A stretch of DNA of 64,000 bases from Nitrosopumilus sp. (GCA_965224195.1 OZ245040.1:1504001-1568000); one strand, 5' to 3'; positions 20,642 to 31,361 are shown, numbered from the stretch's first letter. The notes: a model not told the origin generated them from the sequence alone. Numbers and translations: made by a program.

Positions 20642-20764
20642 ATGGAAAATCGTTCAATGCCAGTATGTTTTACTGATAAGCAATACAAAATGATCGAAGA
20701 ATTTGCCAAGAGAAATGGTATGCTTAACGCAAGTCAAGCTCTTGAAAAAATCTTAAGTGAATAA
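20642..20764 (+). CDS. Small ribbon-helix-helix-like protein
   Basis: Hand-translated MENRSMPVCFTDKQYKMIEEFAKRNGMLNASQALEKILSE. Confidence 0.55.
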   Translation: MENRSMPVCFTDKQYKMIEEFAKRNGMLNASQALEKILSE

Positions 20765-20824
20765 GCATTTTTTGTTATTTTTATTTTGTTTACATTTATA
20801 GAATATATCATATCATAAAGAATA

Positions 20825-21235
20825 ATGGGGCTATTTAGCAAAAAACCATCATTTTGTAGTGTTTGTAACAAGGAACTTACTCACAAACACAAACCGAAAA
20901 AAGAATGGAATGTTAAAGGTTCACTATGTGGAGATTGCCATTTTGATAAATCAAAAGAATACTATGAAGGAAAAGTAAGACAACCATGTGTCGTATGTGG
21001 AATGACACAGAAAATTACTGATTTGTGGGAACCCAGATGGCAGTGGGACATGGAAGGTTTGTTATGCAAAAAATGCTTTGATCAAAAAGAAGAAGATCAT
21101 GGGAAGAAAAAGAATTTTTGTTCTCTATGCGGAGGGAAAATGGGACTCATCAGGTATAATCCAAAGGGCAACTGGAAGATAGAAGGCCAGCTTTGTAGAA
21201 AATGCTGGGATGAAAAGAAAGCAGAGTTTGGATAA
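20825..21235 (+). CDS. Cys-rich protein with three CxxC...LCxxC repeats
   Basis: 136 aa. Confidence 0.8.
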   Translation: MGLFSKKPSFCSVCNKELTHKHKPKKEWNVKGSLCGDCHFDKSKEYYEGKVRQPCVVCGMTQKITDLWEPRWQWDMEGLLCKKCFDQKEEDHGKKKNFCSLCGGKMGLIRYNPKGNWKIEGQLCRKCWDEKKAEFG

Positions 21236-21237
21236 AA

Positions 21238-21435
21238 GTGAGACTCTTTAAAAAAATTAAATGTGAAATTTGCGATAAGAAATTTTCAAAAGAAGAAGAA
21301 GTAATGAACCATAAACAGATTATTCATGGGAAAGATTTGAAGTATGATTGCAAAGAGTGTAACAAGTATTTTTCAAACATGGAAGACATGAGAACTCATT
21401 TACAAAGAGAACATAGTTACAAAAAAGATAGATAA
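21238..21435 (+). CDS. Double C2H2 zinc-finger protein
   Basis: CEIC...HKQIIH; CKEC...HLQREH. Confidence 0.85.
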   Translation: MRLFKKIKCEICDKKFSKEEEVMNHKQIIHGKDLKYDCKECNKYFSNMEDMRTHLQREHSYKKDR

Positions 21436-21642
21436 CTAAATTGCTTTAACTGTTTTAACTACTGGAGGTCTATCTTTGGTAAACACTCTGAAACCACAAA
21501 TGCATTTGATTTCAGGTAATCTAGATAATTCAGAATTTAAAACACTAGTACCGCATCTTAAACAAGAATAACTCACATCAAAAGTTTCAACAGGTGTTTC
21601 TTCTACTTCTTCTATTCCTTCTTCAACCATGTTAATCATCAA
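21436..21642 (-). CDS. rpoP: RNA polymerase subunit Rpo12 (P)
   Basis: YSCLRCG...IKCICGFRVFTKDRP. Confidence 0.85.
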   Translation of the reverse strand: MMINMVEEGIEEVEETPVETFDVSYSCLRCGTSVLNSELSRLPEIKCICGFRVFTKDRPPVVKTVKAI

Positions 21643-21668
21643 AATTTCTATAATTTAAGGATACCAGA

Positions 21669-21977
21669 TTATGTTAGAGACAATTCAATATAGACATCAT
21701 CAGGAATTTTTAGTCTCATTAATTGTCTAATTGCCTTATCGTCAGCATTGATATTGATAATTCGTCTATGCATTTTCATCTCCCATTTCTCATAGGTTTC
21801 AGTCCCACTGCCACATGGTGATTTTCTTGTTGCAACATGTAGTCTTTTTACAGGAAGCGGAGTTGGACCTTTAACTTTAACACCGGTTTTTTTACCAATG
21901 CCCATAATCTCACCACATACACCATCTAATTTTGGTAGGCTGGTAGATGTGAGTTTAACACGGGCGGTTTGTGTCAT
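21669..21977 (-). CDS. rpsJ: 30S ribosomal protein S10 (uS10)
   Basis: KGPTPLP...TRKSPCGSGTETYEKWEMKMHRR. Confidence 0.97.
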   Translation of the reverse strand: MTQTARVKLTSTSLPKLDGVCGEIMGIGKKTGVKVKGPTPLPVKRLHVATRKSPCGSGTETYEKWEMKMHRRIININADDKAIRQLMRLKIPDDVYIELSLT

Positions 21978-21986
21978 AAAATCCGC

Positions 21987-23285
21987 CTATGGTTTGTACT
22001 CTTCAGTAATTTCCTTCACAATTCCTGCTGCAATAGTTGCACCCATATCTCTAAGGGCGAATCTACCCATTTCAGGGAATTCTTGGAATGTTTCAATACA
22101 TGTTGGTCTCACCGGTCTGATTTTTACAATTGCAGAATCTCCAACTTTAAGAAATTTTGGATTTTCTTCTTCAACTGCACCAGATGCTGGGTTGATCTTT
22201 TGGAGGAACTCAGTAACAGTTGCTGCAACTTGTGTAGTGTGTGCGTGCATTACCGGTGTGTAACCAGGAGCAATTGCTGTTGGGTGGTGAATAACAATAA
22301 TTTGGGCTTTGAATTCTTTTGCAACATTTGGTGGTGCATCAGGAGTACCAAGAACATCTCCTCTCTTGATATCTTTCTTCTCAACACCTCTAAGGTTGAA
22401 ACCAATATTGTCACCTGCTTCTGCAGATGGCATTTCAGTGTGGTGTGTTTCAATAGATTTAATTTCACCAGGAGCACCTGAAGGCATTACAACAATTTTG
22501 TCTCCTGCTTTCATAATTCCTGTTTCAACTCTACCTACTGGTACAGTTCCTACACCTGTGATAGTGTAAACGTCTTGAATTGGAACACGTAGTGGTTTAC
22601 CGACTGGTTTTTCAGTGACAGTAAAGTCATCAAATGCTTCTAACAAAGTCTTACCTTTGTACCAAGCCATGTTCTCGGATTTCTTGACCAAGTTATCTCC
22701 CTTCCATCCAGAAATTGGAATAACTGGGACATTTTCTAATTTGTAACCAACAGATTTTGCTAGACCTTCACCTTTTTCTTTGGCTGCATTGAATGCGTCT
22801 TCTTTGTATTCGACTGCATCCATTTTGTTGATTGCAATGATTAGTTGGCTTACACCGAGTGTTTTAAGCAAGAATGCATGTTCTCTTGCTTGTCCACCTG
22901 CAGCAATTGCAGTGTCAGTTTCACCTTCTTTTGCTGAAAGTACTAGAATGGCGGCATCTGCTTCAGAAGCACCAGTAATCATATTTTTAATAAAGTCCCT
23001 GTGACCAGGAGCGTCAATTAAAGTAAAGAAATACTTTGGTGACTCAAACTTTTGGAAAGCCAAGTCGATTGTAATACCTCTCTCTCTTTCGTCTTTAATG
23101 TTATCCATAACCCATGCATACTTGAAAGTATCACCTTTTCCGGTCTTTTCGGATTCGGCTCCGTGAGCTGCAATAGTTCTTTCATCTACAACTCCGAGAT
23201 CCATCAAAAAATGACCCATAGTAGTTGATTTTCCATTATCAATATGTCCTGTAACAATCAGGTTCAAGTGGGGTTTATCTGCCAT
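21987..23285 (-). CDS. tuf: Translation elongation factor EF-1alpha
   Basis: GHIDNGKST, RGITI, DAPGHRDF, NKMD. Confidence 0.98.
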   Translation of the reverse strand: MADKPHLNLIVTGHIDNGKSTTMGHFLMDLGVVDERTIAAHGAESEKTGKGDTFKYAWVMDNIKDERERGITIDLAFQKFESPKYFFTLIDAPGHRDFIKNMITGASEADAAILVLSAKEGETDTAIAAGGQAREHAFLLKTLGVSQLIIAINKMDAVEYKEDAFNAAKEKGEGLAKSVGYKLENVPVIPISGWKGDNLVKKSENMAWYKGKTLLEAFDDFTVTEKPVGKPLRVPIQDVYTITGVGTVPVGRVETGIMKAGDKIVVMPSGAPGEIKSIETHHTEMPSAEAGDNIGFNLRGVEKKDIKRGDVLGTPDAPPNVAKEFKAQIIVIHHPTAIAPGYTPVMHAHTTQVAATVTEFLQKINPASGAVEEENPKFLKVGDSAIVKIRPVRPTCIETFQEFPEMGRFALRDMGATIAAGIVKEITEEYKP

Positions 23286-23415
23286 ATGGAAAGCCTCACT
23301 GAGGGCATTTATTAGCGTTATGAATTTTTGAAGAAAAATTAAAGAAACTTCAATTAATTACAGATCAGAAGACTTTGCTAAAAGCACATAAATCAAAGAG
23401 ATAAAAATCAATTTT

Positions 23416-24549
23416 ATGAAAATTACAGTTTCAGTTATCAAAGCAGATGTCGGTGGAATCGGCGGACATACAAAACCTAGTGACGGCCTAATCAAAGCAA
23501 TTAGAGATACCGTTGAAAATTCAGGCGATTTACTTATTGATCATTACATAGGATATTGTGGAGACGACACACACATCGTTATGACTCACACACATGGTGT
23601 TGATAATGAAAAAATCCACAAGTTAGCATGGGACGCATTCATGGCAGGTACCCAAGTAGCAAAGAATGAAGGATTGTATGGAGCAGGTCAGGATTTGTTA
23701 AAAGATTCATTTTCAGGAAATGTAAAAGGGATGGGTCCAGGAGTTGCAGAGTTAGAATTTGAAGAAAGACCTAATGAAGCATTTACTGTTTTTGCAGCAG
23801 ACAAAACAGAACCAGGTGCATTCAACTATCCAATCTACAGAATGTTTGTAGATACATTAAGTAACACAGCATTGATTGTAAACAAAAGTCTAGCATCAGG
23901 TGTTGTAATGAATATCATGGATGTAGAGAAAGCACAAATTGCATCATTGCAATTATGGGAAGATAAACCAACCATCGAAGCTGCATTAATGTATCCAGGA
24001 AGATATGTCGTAGATTCAGTATACACTAAAGAAGGTGAGCCAATTCTTGATGCATCTACGGACAGATTACATAACATTGCAGGAACATATGTCGGAAAAG
24101 ATGATCCAATCATGTTAGTTAGAACTCAAAAGAATTTTCCAGCAACAGAAGAAGTAGGAAGCATGTTTAACAATCCACACTATGTTGCAGGCAACACAAG
24201 AGGTAGTCACAACATGCCATTAATGCCAGTAAAATTAAACTCGGCAGCATCAATCAACTTTTGCATCCCAATTGTTGAATCACTAGTATTCAGCATGCAT
24301 AACGGTAAATTGGTTGGACCATTTGATGGGTTCTCAACACCAGATTGGGATTACATTAGAGAGATTGCAACAAAGAAATCCATGGCAATTAGAAGTCAAG
24401 GATTCATTCACCCAGCAACATTGGTACCATCAGAACTAGAATATGCTGAAGGCTACAGAGCAAGAATGGATATTCTTGAAACCAAGATGAAACCAATGGA
24501 AGAAACATCATCCGGTGAAAAGAAAGAAAATTACGAAGATCCAGATTAG
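23416..24549 (+). CDS. fbp: Fructose-1,6-bisphosphate aldolase/phosphatase (class V FBPase)
   Basis: SVIKADVGGIGGH, GAGQDLL, ADKTEPGAFN, YVGKDDP. Confidence 0.96.
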   Translation: MKITVSVIKADVGGIGGHTKPSDGLIKAIRDTVENSGDLLIDHYIGYCGDDTHIVMTHTHGVDNEKIHKLAWDAFMAGTQVAKNEGLYGAGQDLLKDSFSGNVKGMGPGVAELEFEERPNEAFTVFAADKTEPGAFNYPIYRMFVDTLSNTALIVNKSLASGVVMNIMDVEKAQIASLQLWEDKPTIEAALMYPGRYVVDSVYTKEGEPILDASTDRLHNIAGTYVGKDDPIMLVRTQKNFPATEEVGSMFNNPHYVAGNTRGSHNMPLMPVKLNSAASINFCIPIVESLVFSMHNGKLVGPFDGFSTPDWDYIREIATKKSMAIRSQGFIHPATLVPSELEYAEGYRARMDILETKMKPMEETSSGEKKENYEDPD

Positions 24550-24614
24550 TGATTTCAGATCTTGCTAATCATAGGAAATAGTTAAATCAAAAAAGACAGT
24601 ATTCGTATTAAGTC

Positions 24615-25025
24615 ATGAATGCTTTCCAAAAGGTGTTTAATTGGAAAACGTATATTTTCACAGCATTAGCCGTCATATCTTTTTCAAGTTTTGTAGCCGT
24701 ATTATTTGGACAAACTATTCCTGGAATAATTTTAGCATTTTTTAAAATTGCAGGAGAATATGTGGTTTTTGGAACAGTGTGTATTTTTGCCCTAGCATGG
24801 TTACTCAAAGCAAAGCCTAACAATCGCCCAAAAGAATATTCTGTGATACCATTTGACGTGTATGGTAAAAAAAGCAAAATTGACGGGATTAAAACAAATT
24901 TCAAAAGACATGACGTTGCATGGAGCTTTATGAAACAATACAAAGAATCATACCCATTTTACAATTTTGCACTGGTTTCAGATCTTCCAAAGTCTGACAA
25001 ACCAACAATCTTCAGATACATCTAA
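24615..25025 (+). CDS. Membrane protein, hypothetical
   Basis: 136 aa, two TM helices. Confidence 0.75.
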   Translation: MNAFQKVFNWKTYIFTALAVISFSSFVAVLFGQTIPGIILAFFKIAGEYVVFGTVCIFALAWLLKAKPNNRPKEYSVIPFDVYGKKSKIDGIKTNFKRHDVAWSFMKQYKESYPFYNFALVSDLPKSDKPTIFRYI

Positions 25026-25061
25026 TTCAGACTTTTATTCAAGATTACACAGAGAAGTGAA

Positions 25062-26879
25062 ATGGAGTTTTCAATTTTAGCTGAGTCTTTTAACAAAATG
25101 GAATCCACTAGAAAAAGATTAGAATTAACACAGTTTTTAGTGGAATTATTTGAAAAAACTCCTCATGATGTAATTTCAAAAATCGTATACCTTATTCAAG
25201 GAAAATTAAGACCAGATTTTGAAGGCATTGAATTAGGGGTTTCAGAAAAATTAGTGTTAAGAGCTGCAAAAAAATCATTAGGGATAAATGAAAATGATAT
25301 AATTGCCACTTTAAATAAAATAGGTGATCTTGGAACTGCAATCTCAAATACATTAGAGAAAAAAACACAAACAGGATTATTTGATTTTGGAATTGATTCA
25401 GATACATATGATGAAGCAATATTTAACACCAAAGCCAACACAATAGAAAGAATTTATGAAGTATTATGGTCAATTTCCCAATTAGAAGGTGCAGGAAAAA
25501 ATATTCAAGATAAAAAAATTAATTTCATTTCTAGCCTATGGAATAAATCTAAACCAACTGAAGTAAAATTTGTAACAAAGTTACTACTTGGAACTCTACG
25601 ACTAGGGGTTGCAGAAAATACAGTAATGGATGCACTAGCAATAGCATATTCAGGCAATAAAGAGAATAGGAAAAAACTACAACATGCATACAATGTTACT
25701 AGTGATTTAGGTAATGTTGCAGAGACCATTGCCACTAAAGGTATAGAAGGAATTGAAAAATTTGAAATTATATTATTTAATCCAATTAGACCAATGTTAG
25801 CAGACAGAATCAAAAGTGAAACTGAATCTATTGAGAAAATGGGGAATGAATTTGCAGCTGAATACAAACTAGATGGTGAAAGAGTTCAACTTCACATCGA
25901 AGGAGAAAAAGTTGTATTGTTTTCTAGAAGTTTAGAAAGAATTGAAAGCTACTATCCAGACATTATAGAGAAAATTCCTAAAAACATTAAAGCAGATAAC
26001 ATAATTTTAGAGGCTGAAGCAGTAGCAATAAATGAAAACACTGGAGAATTTTTACCTTTTCAAGAATTAATGCATAGAAGAAGGAAATACAAAATAGAAA
26101 AGGCAGTTACAGAGTATCCAATAAGTGTAAACTTTTTTGATGTTCTATATTGTAATGGAAAAAACTGTACAGAATTAAGCTACAAAGAGAGAAGAAAGAT
26201 ACTAGAAAAACATGTCAAAGAAGATGAATTTGCAAAATACATCCCAATGAGCATAGTGAAAAATGAAAATGAAATTGAAGATTTTATGGAAAATAGTATC
26301 AATGCAGGTAGTGAAGGGTTGATGCTCAAAATGTTAGATAAACCATATCAAGCAGGTTCTAGAGGAAGTCACTGGTTAAAACTAAAAAGAGAATACAGAA
26401 ACGAGTTAGGAGATAGTTTAGATCTTGTTGTTATAGGAGGGTATTTCGGAAAAGGAAGAAGGACTGGAAATTATGGAACATTACTTTTAGCAACATATGA
26501 TGAAGATGAAGATGCTTTTCCTAGTATTTGTAAAGTAGGGACTGGGTTTACAGATGAGTCTTTAGATCAACTTTATCAAATTTTAAATCCCAAAGTTTCA
26601 ATTAAAAAAAATCCACGCATCATCAGTGAAATGGAAGCAGATGTATGGTTTGAACCTGAATTAGTAGTTGAAGTAGTTGCATCTGAAATTACACTCAGTC
26701 CAATTCACAAAGCAGCAATGAATGCAATTAGAAAAGATGCAGGATTAGCTTTGAGATTTCCAAAATTCACTGGAAAAATCAGAGTTGAAAAAGCAGTTGA
26801 AGATGCATCAACAAACGAAGAAGTCATCACATTATACAAAGGACAGGAAAAAATTGCTCATGATAAAAATTTGATGTGA
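25062..26879 (+). CDS. lig: ATP-dependent DNA ligase
   Basis: EYKLDGER, EGLMLK, WLKLKREY, LRFPKF. Confidence 0.97.
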   Translation: MEFSILAESFNKMESTRKRLELTQFLVELFEKTPHDVISKIVYLIQGKLRPDFEGIELGVSEKLVLRAAKKSLGINENDIIATLNKIGDLGTAISNTLEKKTQTGLFDFGIDSDTYDEAIFNTKANTIERIYEVLWSISQLEGAGKNIQDKKINFISSLWNKSKPTEVKFVTKLLLGTLRLGVAENTVMDALAIAYSGNKENRKKLQHAYNVTSDLGNVAETIATKGIEGIEKFEIILFNPIRPMLADRIKSETESIEKMGNEFAAEYKLDGERVQLHIEGEKVVLFSRSLERIESYYPDIIEKIPKNIKADNIILEAEAVAINENTGEFLPFQELMHRRRKYKIEKAVTEYPISVNFFDVLYCNGKNCTELSYKERRKILEKHVKEDEFAKYIPMSIVKNENEIEDFMENSINAGSEGLMLKMLDKPYQAGSRGSHWLKLKREYRNELGDSLDLVVIGGYFGKGRRTGNYGTLLLATYDEDEDAFPSICKVGTGFTDESLDQLYQILNPKVSIKKNPRIISEMEADVWFEPELVVEVVASEITLSPIHKAAMNAIRKDAGLALRFPKFTGKIRVEKAVEDASTNEEVITLYKGQEKIAHDKNLM

Positions 26880-26946
26880 TTTGTGCTCAAAAAAGTTCTA
26901 AAATCATAGAGGATTTAAATTACCTCGAGGTTTTTTCACTTATGTT

Positions 26947-27600
26947 ATGTATAGCGGAGAGCTTGAAGTTCAAGCAAAAAGAAAGGCTATAGCAGTTTTA
27001 CAAGACGAAATCAACAGAATTCTAAATGCATCTAGAGAACTCGCAACACTTCCTGAGCTAATGATGAAAAAAGACAAAACAGGAATAAAAAATACATTAG
27101 AACAAATCTCAACAATCGAAGAAGAAGTAGAAAACTTGAGAAGAAAAATTACACGCGAAGTAGCTGATGTCGGAGGTTTAATCATGAATAGAGAAAATCT
27201 TTTGAATACAGCATATACAATGGATGAGATCGCAGGTTACATCACAGGTATTTCATTCAAGCTATCAAATGTAAAAATTGCAACTCTAAAAAGTGCAAAA
27301 CTAGATACAGATATTACAAAATTGATTGAATTAGTTGTAGACGAAGTTTACAAACTAAACGAAATTATTCGTAGTCTTAATACAAACACTGCAAATGCTA
27401 TTGAACTGGCCCAAGAAACACAAACAATTGAAAGAGAAATAGACATTAAATACAGAGAAGCAACAATAAAACTCCTAGCAGCAGTTACAGATACAAAAGA
27501 ATTGTTGTTAATCAAAGATGTAATTGAAGGAATAGAAGAGATGTCAGATAAATGTCAAAGAGTTTCAGATTCTTTCATATTGTTAGCACTGAGCCTATAA
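26947..27600 (+). CDS. DUF47/PhoU-like phosphate transport regulator
   Basis: Helical repeats IEEEVENLRR / IEREIDIKYR. Confidence 0.8.
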   Translation: MYSGELEVQAKRKAIAVLQDEINRILNASRELATLPELMMKKDKTGIKNTLEQISTIEEEVENLRRKITREVADVGGLIMNRENLLNTAYTMDEIAGYITGISFKLSNVKIATLKSAKLDTDITKLIELVVDEVYKLNEIIRSLNTNTANAIELAQETQTIEREIDIKYREATIKLLAAVTDTKELLLIKDVIEGIEEMSDKCQRVSDSFILLALSL

Positions 27601-27694
27601 TCAAACAAAATTCTTACACTTTTACTTTATTTTTAATTTAAACAACCACACATTTTACTAAAGAATTCATATACAGATAGAGGTCTACAAATTT

Positions 27695-28231
27695 ATGAAA
27701 AGTGAACTAATTGAAAATAGAATCATAGTCTGGAATATAGAAGATTCAAAAAAACTTTTCAGCGAAGGATATTATGGAAAACCCATAGGCATACCAAAAC
27801 CAAAAATCGAAGAAATAGACGCACCATTAATTTTAGATTTGATTGAAGGACTATACCTATTAGAAAATAAGAAAATAACAATAACAAAATCTAAACAAAA
27901 AATCACACCAGAGCAATTAATTGGAATTTGTAAGAAAGAAGTTTTTGAATTTGATAAAAAATATCTAGTATACAAAAACTTTAGAGATAAAGGATATATC
28001 ATTAATCCAGGAATTAAATTTGGATGTGACTTTGCAGTGTATGAAAAAGGTCCAGGTATTGATCATGCACCATTTTTAATTCAAGTGTATACTAGAAGTG
28101 AATCAATTTCATCTACAGGTATTGTTCTAGCAGGAAGACTAGCAACTACAGTTAGAAAACAATTCATTTTAGCAATTCCAAAAGGCAAGGACAAGGTAGA
28201 CTTCTTAGCATTAGATTGGTGGAAAGCTTAG
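27695..28231 (+). CDS. endA: tRNA-splicing endonuclease catalytic subunit
   Basis: YLVYKNFRDKGY...GIKFGCDFAVY...DHAP...RLATTVRK. Confidence 0.93.
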   Translation: MKSELIENRIIVWNIEDSKKLFSEGYYGKPIGIPKPKIEEIDAPLILDLIEGLYLLENKKITITKSKQKITPEQLIGICKKEVFEFDKKYLVYKNFRDKGYIINPGIKFGCDFAVYEKGPGIDHAPFLIQVYTRSESISSTGIVLAGRLATTVRKQFILAIPKGKDKVDFLALDWWKA

Positions 28232-28605
28232 ACAGATTTTATGTAACCAGCTATTCTATCATAAATTTCAAAAAGTTCTTTTGTTATTCCAAAAGCAATA
28301 TGATTATCCCATTTACCTCTAATTCTTACTGCCACTTCAGTAGGTTCTACATAGATTGTGGCATCTTTAACAGATTGTTTTGCTATCATGTCATTTAACT
28401 CAGAATCAGAATTTAGTTTTGATGCTAGGCTTCCTGAACCATTCCATTCTACTTTGACCACAGTTTTTGATGCAAAATGGCCCTTTGTAGTTAGTTTAGT
28501 TTTTGCAACATAATTGGAAAAACTAGAACCCGTAGATTTTCTTACTATGAATTGAGCTTGAAATCTATCTAATGCGCCCCAAGGGAGTGGATTTGGATCT
28601 TGCAT
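28228..28605 (-). CDS. Conserved hypothetical protein
   Basis: 125-aa ORF. Confidence 0.75.
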   Translation of the reverse strand: MQDPNPLPWGALDRFQAQFIVRKSTGSSFSNYVAKTKLTTKGHFASKTVVKVEWNGSGSLASKLNSDSELNDMIAKQSVKDATIYVEPTEVAVRIRGKWDNHIAFGITKELFEIYDRIAGYIKSV

Positions 28606-28607
28606 GA

Positions 28608-28844
28608 TTATCCCTTTTGAATTATTTGTATTGCGTCAATGTTTGAATTCTTGACATCAATACATCCTCTATTAGTTACCATTCTAGGTGTTTGAGCAAA
28701 ATATCTACTATAGTAATCATCTTTTTCAATTTCATCAGTTCCAATTTCTTTAGATTCAGAATCTACACCGATCTCTTTTAACATTCCAGAAAATTTTTCA
28801 GGCCATGATTGGTAGACAAATGTGTCTGACTCGGTATCATGCAT
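28608..28844 (-). CDS. Conserved hypothetical protein
   Basis: 78-aa ORF in operon with the previous gene. Confidence 0.7.
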   Translation of the reverse strand: MHDTESDTFVYQSWPEKFSGMLKEIGVDSESKEIGTDEIEKDDYYSRYFAQTPRMVTNRGCIDVKNSNIDAIQIIQKG

Positions 28845-28943
28845 TATTTACCATGAATCATACCCACAAATAAAGATATCAAGAAAAAATTGAGAATAGA
28901 GATCAATCAAAATAAATATCACAAAAGTTCTGTCAGTTTATCT

Positions 28944-30713
28944 ATGCTTAAATTCCAAAATAAAATCGCCCTAATTACAGGGAGTGGTACTGGAATAGGC
29001 AAAGCCATTGCTACAAAATTCATTGAAGAAGGAGCTAGTGTTATAATTCTTGGAAGAAGAAAAGAACCATTAGAAGAAGCAGCAAAAGAACTTGAAGGAA
29101 AAATCCCTCAAGGTACAAACGCTTCAGTTAGAATTTTTGCAGGAATAGATGTTGCAGATGAAACAGCAATGAACAACATGTTTGATACACTAAAAAATGA
29201 AAATTCAACAATAGATTACATAATTAACAATGCAGGAGTTTCAGGACCTGTCACATGTTTTGCAAATACATCACTTGATGAATTCAAAAGTACGATTGGA
29301 ATTCACTTGACAGGGACATTCTGGGGCTCGGTTCAAGCACTAAAAATAATGAAAGAAGGTGGAAAAATAATTACCATTTCTACATTCTTCACAGAAGAAA
29401 AACCATTAGAACAAAGACCTTACAGATTTAGAAGTCCATATACTGCAGCACAAGGGGCAAAAAATAGATTAGCAGAATTAATGTCATGGGAATTAACAGA
29501 TAAAGGAATAATATCCATTGCAACAAATCCTGGACCAGTTCATTCAGATAGAATTTACAAAACAGTATATCCAAAAGCAGCTGCAGAGTTTATGAGAGTA
29601 AGTGGATTTGAAGATTTGGCTCCAACTGAAGTAGATGAAGCAAATAAAGAATTACTTGCATTATTAGGCGAAGATGAAAACGTGATTAAAGAAGGAATTG
29701 CCGCTGCTGCTACAAAACTTGCAAATGGAAAGGATGTTTCAAAACTCACAGACACATTTACCAATCTATTAAACAAAATTCAAACCATTGCAGAAAAGGT
29801 CCAAAACAATACATCACACATGATTGCAAACAAAGAATTTCTATCACAAGGGCAAGTTTCTGAGACGGTTCTCAATTTATGTGATGATGAAATTGCAAAA
29901 ATAATTAATGGTAAAGTAATTCCAGGAGATAGAGTATTTTATCCAGTTAAACCACATATTGGAACATCAACACCAGGGGTTCATCAACCAGACTTTACAG
30001 GAAAAGCAGTTGTTTTCACAATTGATGCAACAGACAAGACAGATGCAGAAAGAGTAGAGTTTTTGGCACAACACATTGAGAAGAACGGAGGAAAAGTAGC
30101 TTGTTTCATATCACAATCAACATCAGCTGAACTACAAGAATACATCAGTAGTAAATTCCATTCACATGTAGTAGACATAAAGAATCCAGAAGAAGTTGCA
30201 AGATGGCTAAACACTGCAAAAACCAACATCGGCGATATTTTAGGCGTAATTCACATAACAGGAAAACTTCCAGACATACCAAAATTAACTGAAGTCTCAA
30301 GACCAGTATGGGAAGCATTAACTGAGAAATTCATTTCCACTCCAGCAACTGTTGCACAAAGAGCACTAGAACAATTTGTTCCAGGTGGAAGTAAAGATCC
30401 ACGACTTTACAAAGATGCCAAAGGTGCAATTATGATTATTGGTCCAGATTTACCAATAGGTAGAAAAGTTACAGGTACTCAAAGAGCACAGGTAGAAGTG
30501 TTCAGAGGAGCCCTAAGACCATTTACAACTACGGTTAATCAAGAACTAAGTGATGTTCTAAAATCAAAAATCAGAATGTTTACAATTTTCCCAGGAACAG
30601 TAACAGGTTCAGAACCAAACAATCAAAAAATTGCAGATGCATTTAATTTTCTAGTAACAGAAAATGCAGCAGCATCAGCAGAAATTGTCTTTTGTGTTGA
30701 TGAATCAAGATAA
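28944..30713 (+). CDS. Large SDR-family oxidoreductase with a second degenerate SDR domain
   Basis: TGSGTGIG, NNAG, RSPYTAAQ, NPGPVHSDR; start taken at MLKFQ. Confidence 0.88.
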   Translation: MLKFQNKIALITGSGTGIGKAIATKFIEEGASVIILGRRKEPLEEAAKELEGKIPQGTNASVRIFAGIDVADETAMNNMFDTLKNENSTIDYIINNAGVSGPVTCFANTSLDEFKSTIGIHLTGTFWGSVQALKIMKEGGKIITISTFFTEEKPLEQRPYRFRSPYTAAQGAKNRLAELMSWELTDKGIISIATNPGPVHSDRIYKTVYPKAAAEFMRVSGFEDLAPTEVDEANKELLALLGEDENVIKEGIAAAATKLANGKDVSKLTDTFTNLLNKIQTIAEKVQNNTSHMIANKEFLSQGQVSETVLNLCDDEIAKIINGKVIPGDRVFYPVKPHIGTSTPGVHQPDFTGKAVVFTIDATDKTDAERVEFLAQHIEKNGGKVACFISQSTSAELQEYISSKFHSHVVDIKNPEEVARWLNTAKTNIGDILGVIHITGKLPDIPKLTEVSRPVWEALTEKFISTPATVAQRALEQFVPGGSKDPRLYKDAKGAIMIIGPDLPIGRKVTGTQRAQVEVFRGALRPFTTTVNQELSDVLKSKIRMFTIFPGTVTGSEPNNQKIADAFNFLVTENAAASAEIVFCVDESR

Positions 30714-30715
30714 GA

Positions 30716-31168
30716 ATGAAAATATTCTCAGAGTTTAGAGTAAACGATACATTTCATTCCACATGTAGTATTTCAGATAAAGAACTAGAAGAATATCTAA
30801 AATTTTCCAGAGTGAAAAATGCATTCTTGGAAGATAAAAGAAAAGGAGAACAGCAGTTAGTTTCAGGAAGAGCTGTTCTATCAAGGATGGAAGGGGAATT
30901 TACAAGACTGAATCAAATTTATGGAAATGATATAATTTTTCTAGGAACTGATGGGGATACAGAGTGGGAAAATAGAAACACACGATTTCTCAAACCGCTA
31001 TACACAGATCAAGTGTTAAAACTGAAATTCACCATATCAAAAATAGAAGATATTGATGATGAATTTGGGAAAATTTTTGTAGACTATGAAGGAACATCTC
31101 AAGATGATGAAATTATTGTAATATCAAAGAAAAATATTTACAGAATTAAAAAAGAGCCACCCAGATAA
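30716..31168 (+). CDS. Hotdog/MaoC-like protein
   Basis: LVSGRAVL...TRFLKPLYTDQVL. Confidence 0.7.
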   Translation: MKIFSEFRVNDTFHSTCSISDKELEEYLKFSRVKNAFLEDKRKGEQQLVSGRAVLSRMEGEFTRLNQIYGNDIIFLGTDGDTEWENRNTRFLKPLYTDQVLKLKFTISKIEDIDDEFGKIFVDYEGTSQDDEIIVISKKNIYRIKKEPPR

Positions 31169-31295
31169 AACATAAAATTAATCTTCTAATTCTTCATCAT
31201 TTCTTCTTGCAGGTCTTATTGGGATGAACATTACTGTCATAGAAGGGATTCGGTAATTTTGTATTTAATAGAGACGTAGAAATCATATTTTGTTT

Positions 31296-31361
31296 TAGAA
31301 AATAACAGGAGAGCAGACATGTCTCTCCCGCCCTTAGGTCATAAGACCTAATGAACAACAT
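31296..31361 (-). ncRNA. Putative small structured RNA
   Basis: Hairpins TTAGGTC-ttat-GACCTAA and GGAGAG-acatgtctg-CTCTCC; TTTTATA box about 20-25 nt upstream, T-rich tail. Confidence 0.35.

Noticed and set aside
21898-23004. Plus-strand ORFs opposite tuf/rpsJ (and similar ones opposite other core genes)
   Set aside because: Antisense shadow ORFs of conserved genes
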